From contig JBBRLI010000003.1 of NCBI GenBank assembly GCA_038231455.1, forward strand, positions 96,001-160,000: DNA of 64,000 bases, written 5' to 3'. This DNA is from Vulcanimicrobiales bacterium (GTDB lineage: Bacteria; Vulcanimicrobiota; Vulcanimicrobiia; Vulcanimicrobiales; Vulcanimicrobiaceae). The notes under the pieces were generated by a model that worked only from the letters and a program-made list of their open reading frames with translations, did not search any database and was not told the DNA's origin. Shown here one piece after another: positions 61,927 through 64,000 of this stretch. How positions within the stretch are numbered: position 1 is the first letter of the stretch; every line of letters begins with the position of its first letter. A program made the position numbers and the translations under genes.

Positions 61927-62826
61927 CTACGTGAGCGCCAAGCTGACGTAGGCGAGGAGGGCCGCAAGGACGGTACTGATATAGAGCGCGACGCCACGAA
62001 AGGCGATCGCCGCGTTCTCGCGCGGCGTCGTGTAGCGTCCCATCGCAAGCGCGCGCCAGAGCGCCCCGCCGCCGATTACAACGACCGCGACGACGATTGC
62101 CAGACGCGTCGGCGCGCCGAGTGCCACTGCGATTCCGGCGGCCACGGCGACGGCGACGATCGCGCCATAAATGAGGCGGACGCTGCCCGCCCGCCCGAGC
62201 CGCACGACAAGGTTGCGCTTCCCGGTCGCCGCATCGGCTTCAACGTCAGGAAACTCGACACAAAGCATCATCGCGATCATGGCGGCCGCGAGCGGCAGTG
62301 TGGAAGCGACGGCGAGTACGTCGATCTTCCCCATGAAGGTCGCGTAGCCCGCCAATGGCACCAGGACCGCCACCACGAGTGCCGTCGTTATCTCGCCGGC
62401 GCCGATTGCGAGTAAGCGGAGCGGCGGCGAAGAGTAAGACCAGGCAAAAATGGCGATCGCCACGCCGATGAACGCCATCGACCATTCCCCGATGAGCGCA
62501 AAGACGGCAGTGAGCGCAAGGCCTACCGCAAGGCATACGAGCGCGGCGACGAGCCCGACGATGGGCGGGAGCGAACCGTCGACGAGCGCTCCGCTGCCGC
62601 CCGAGAAGGCCGTTCGCGTCGTGCGCGCATCGCCGGCCCGGTCGAAGTAATCATTCGAATAATGAGTCATCAGGTGGAAGGCCGTTACGAGCGCCTGGCC
62701 GAGGGCATAGCGGGCCGGGGTTAACGCGGCGCCCTCATACGAAGCGATCGCCGCGCCAAGACCGAATCCGAGGAACCCGCCGACGAGAAACTTCAGACGA
62801 GAGAGCCGGAGAAAGGCGAGGATCAT
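61927..62826 (-). CDS. UbiA/MenA-family prenyltransferase
   Basis: NDYFD, GGSG, YSSPP and PDVEADAATGKRNLVVRLG motifs. Confidence 0.85.
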   Translation of the reverse strand: MILAFLRLSRLKFLVGGFLGFGLGAAIASYEGAALTPARYALGQALVTAFHLMTHYSNDYFDRAGDARTTRTAFSGGSGALVDGSLPPIVGLVAALVCLAVGLALTAVFALIGEWSMAFIGVAIAIFAWSYSSPPLRLLAIGAGEITTALVVAVLVPLAGYATFMGKIDVLAVASTLPLAAAMIAMMLCVEFPDVEADAATGKRNLVVRLGRAGSVRLIYGAIVAVAVAAGIAVALGAPTRLAIVVAVVVIGGGALWRALAMGRYTTPRENAAIAFRGVALYISTVLAALLAYVSLALT

Positions 62827-62878
62827 GGCCCGCCATGGTTGCGACAAGAGGAGGGTTCAACCCGTCTTGATAAGGCCG

Positions 62879-62893
62879 TTTCGCCATTCGAAA
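62879..62893. promoter_or_regulatory. Candidate IclR-family operator
   Basis: TTTCG-CCATT-CGAAA palindrome adjoining the AGGAGG SD of the IclR gene. Confidence 0.4.
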
Positions 62894-62906
62894 GGAGGAC
62901 GCGAGT

Positions 62907-63734
62907 TTGAAAGAACGGCGGCGAACGGCATTTGGTCGTCCCACCGTGCAGTCGGTAGACCGCACGCTCGATGTCTTAGAGGCGCTCTCGACGCGCCGCA
63001 CCCCAACCGGTATTAGTGACCTCGCGCATCACGTCGGGCTGCACGTCAGTACCGTCCACCGATTGCTCGCGACGCTCGTCGACCGCGGCTACGTTCGGCA
63101 AGACCCGGATAGTTCGCGTTACCATTTAGGATCGCGGATATTCGCACTTGCGAGTGCTGCCGACATCCATCTGGACTTGCGTTTGGTTGCGCGTCCGTTT
63201 CTGGAACGCCTCATGCGCATCGCGGGTGAGACGGCGAACCTCGTCACCTACGGCGAGGGCGAGGTCGTCTATCTCGAGCAAGTCGAGAGCATGCATCTGG
63301 TGAAGATGTTCACGCAACCCGGAATGCGAGCTCCGCTTTATTGCACGGCAAGCGGAAAATTATTCCTCGCATTTGGCGGCGATGCTCCGAAGGCGATGCT
63401 TAAAGAACCGTTGACGCGACACACCGCAAATACGATCACGTCGCTCCCCGCGCTCGACGCGCAGCTCAAGCAAATTCGTCGCGACGGCTACGCGATCGAC
63501 AATGAAGAAATGGAAGAGGGTGTGCGGTGTCTTGCGGTTCCGATCTACGACCGACGCGGCGAACTCTGCGGTGCGCTCTCGATTTCCGGCCCGACGACGC
63601 GTATGACGCCAGCCCGCGTCACGACGATTGTCAATCAAGTGCGCGACGTCGCAAAGGAACTCTCGCGACAACTCGGATACGATGCGTCAGCGGTCGGTGT
63701 CGCGCCGGCTCTGAACGGAGCACATGTCAACTAA
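62907..63734 (+). CDS. IclR-family transcriptional regulator
   Basis: VQSVDRTLDVLE, STVHRLL.TL, TASGK and GVRCLAVP motifs. Confidence 0.93.
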   Translation: MKERRRTAFGRPTVQSVDRTLDVLEALSTRRTPTGISDLAHHVGLHVSTVHRLLATLVDRGYVRQDPDSSRYHLGSRIFALASAADIHLDLRLVARPFLERLMRIAGETANLVTYGEGEVVYLEQVESMHLVKMFTQPGMRAPLYCTASGKLFLAFGGDAPKAMLKEPLTRHTANTITSLPALDAQLKQIRRDGYAIDNEEMEEGVRCLAVPIYDRRGELCGALSISGPTTRMTPARVTTIVNQVRDVAKELSRQLGYDASAVGVAPALNGAHVN

Positions 63735-64000
63735 GGTCGGATTGATCGGCGTCGGCGCCATGGGCGAACCCATGGCTGCCGCGCTACTGGCAAAAGGATT
63801 TGCCGTCACCGTTTGCGCGCATAAGAATCGCGCCCCACTCGACCGGCTCGTCGCCGTAGGCGCGCACGACGGCGGAACGCCCGCGGGTGTCGCTCGTGCA
63901 AGTGATGTCGTTATCACGATGGTGCCTGATGCACCGCAAGTAGAAGAATCGATCTTCGGCGAGAACGGTGCGCTCGGCGGTGCGAAACCCGGCACGCTTT
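63724..64000 (+). CDS. NAD(P)-dependent beta-hydroxyacid dehydrogenase (tartronate semialdehyde reductase/HIBADH family), 3' truncated
   Basis: My translation: MSTKVGLIGVGAMGEPMA...SDVVITMVPDAPQVEE. Confidence 0.85.
   Translation, partial: MSTKVGLIGVGAMGEPMAAALLAKGFAVTVCAHKNRAPLDRLVAVGAHDGGTPAGVARASDVVITMVPDAPQVEESIFGENGALGGAKPGTL

Overview
This window is GC-rich bacterial chromosome, rich in CGATCG/CGCG. It combines a Terrabacteria-like gene order with a Wza-type exporter, and I infer a Candidatus Eremiobacterota/Vulcanimicrobiota-like organism. In order, it holds: (1) a housekeeping run accC-nusB-PBP1A-xseAB-tlyA-nadK-recN-GT4; (2) pyk and an atypical LuxR regulator; (3) a ~13 kb Wzx/Wzy exopolysaccharide locus; (4) the rimP-nusA-ylxR-infB-rbfA-nrnA-truB-ribF operon with two inserted paralogous membrane ORFs; (5) an unusual Clp ATPase; (6) a seven-gene coupled cluster of methyltransferase, flavoprotein, START cyclase, ketosynthase, ABC transporter and lipocalin; (7) a divergent SpoIIE / giant poly-HAMP hybrid kinase / CheR module; (8) pnuC-nadR, nifU, a UbiA/MenA prenyltransferase and IclR. 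The most unusual signals are these. A 143-bp branched palindromic element lies in frame inside the lipocalin gene and appears to encode its signal peptide. It sits in a ~1.3 kb tract where synonymous C is strongly depleted on the + strand. ylxR and truB have no canonical start codon (ATT, and ATC or readthrough). A single CAG->TAG change splits the poly-HAMP kinase. Three matching SigB/SigF-type promoters are present. I saw no rRNA, tRNA, CRISPR array or transposase.
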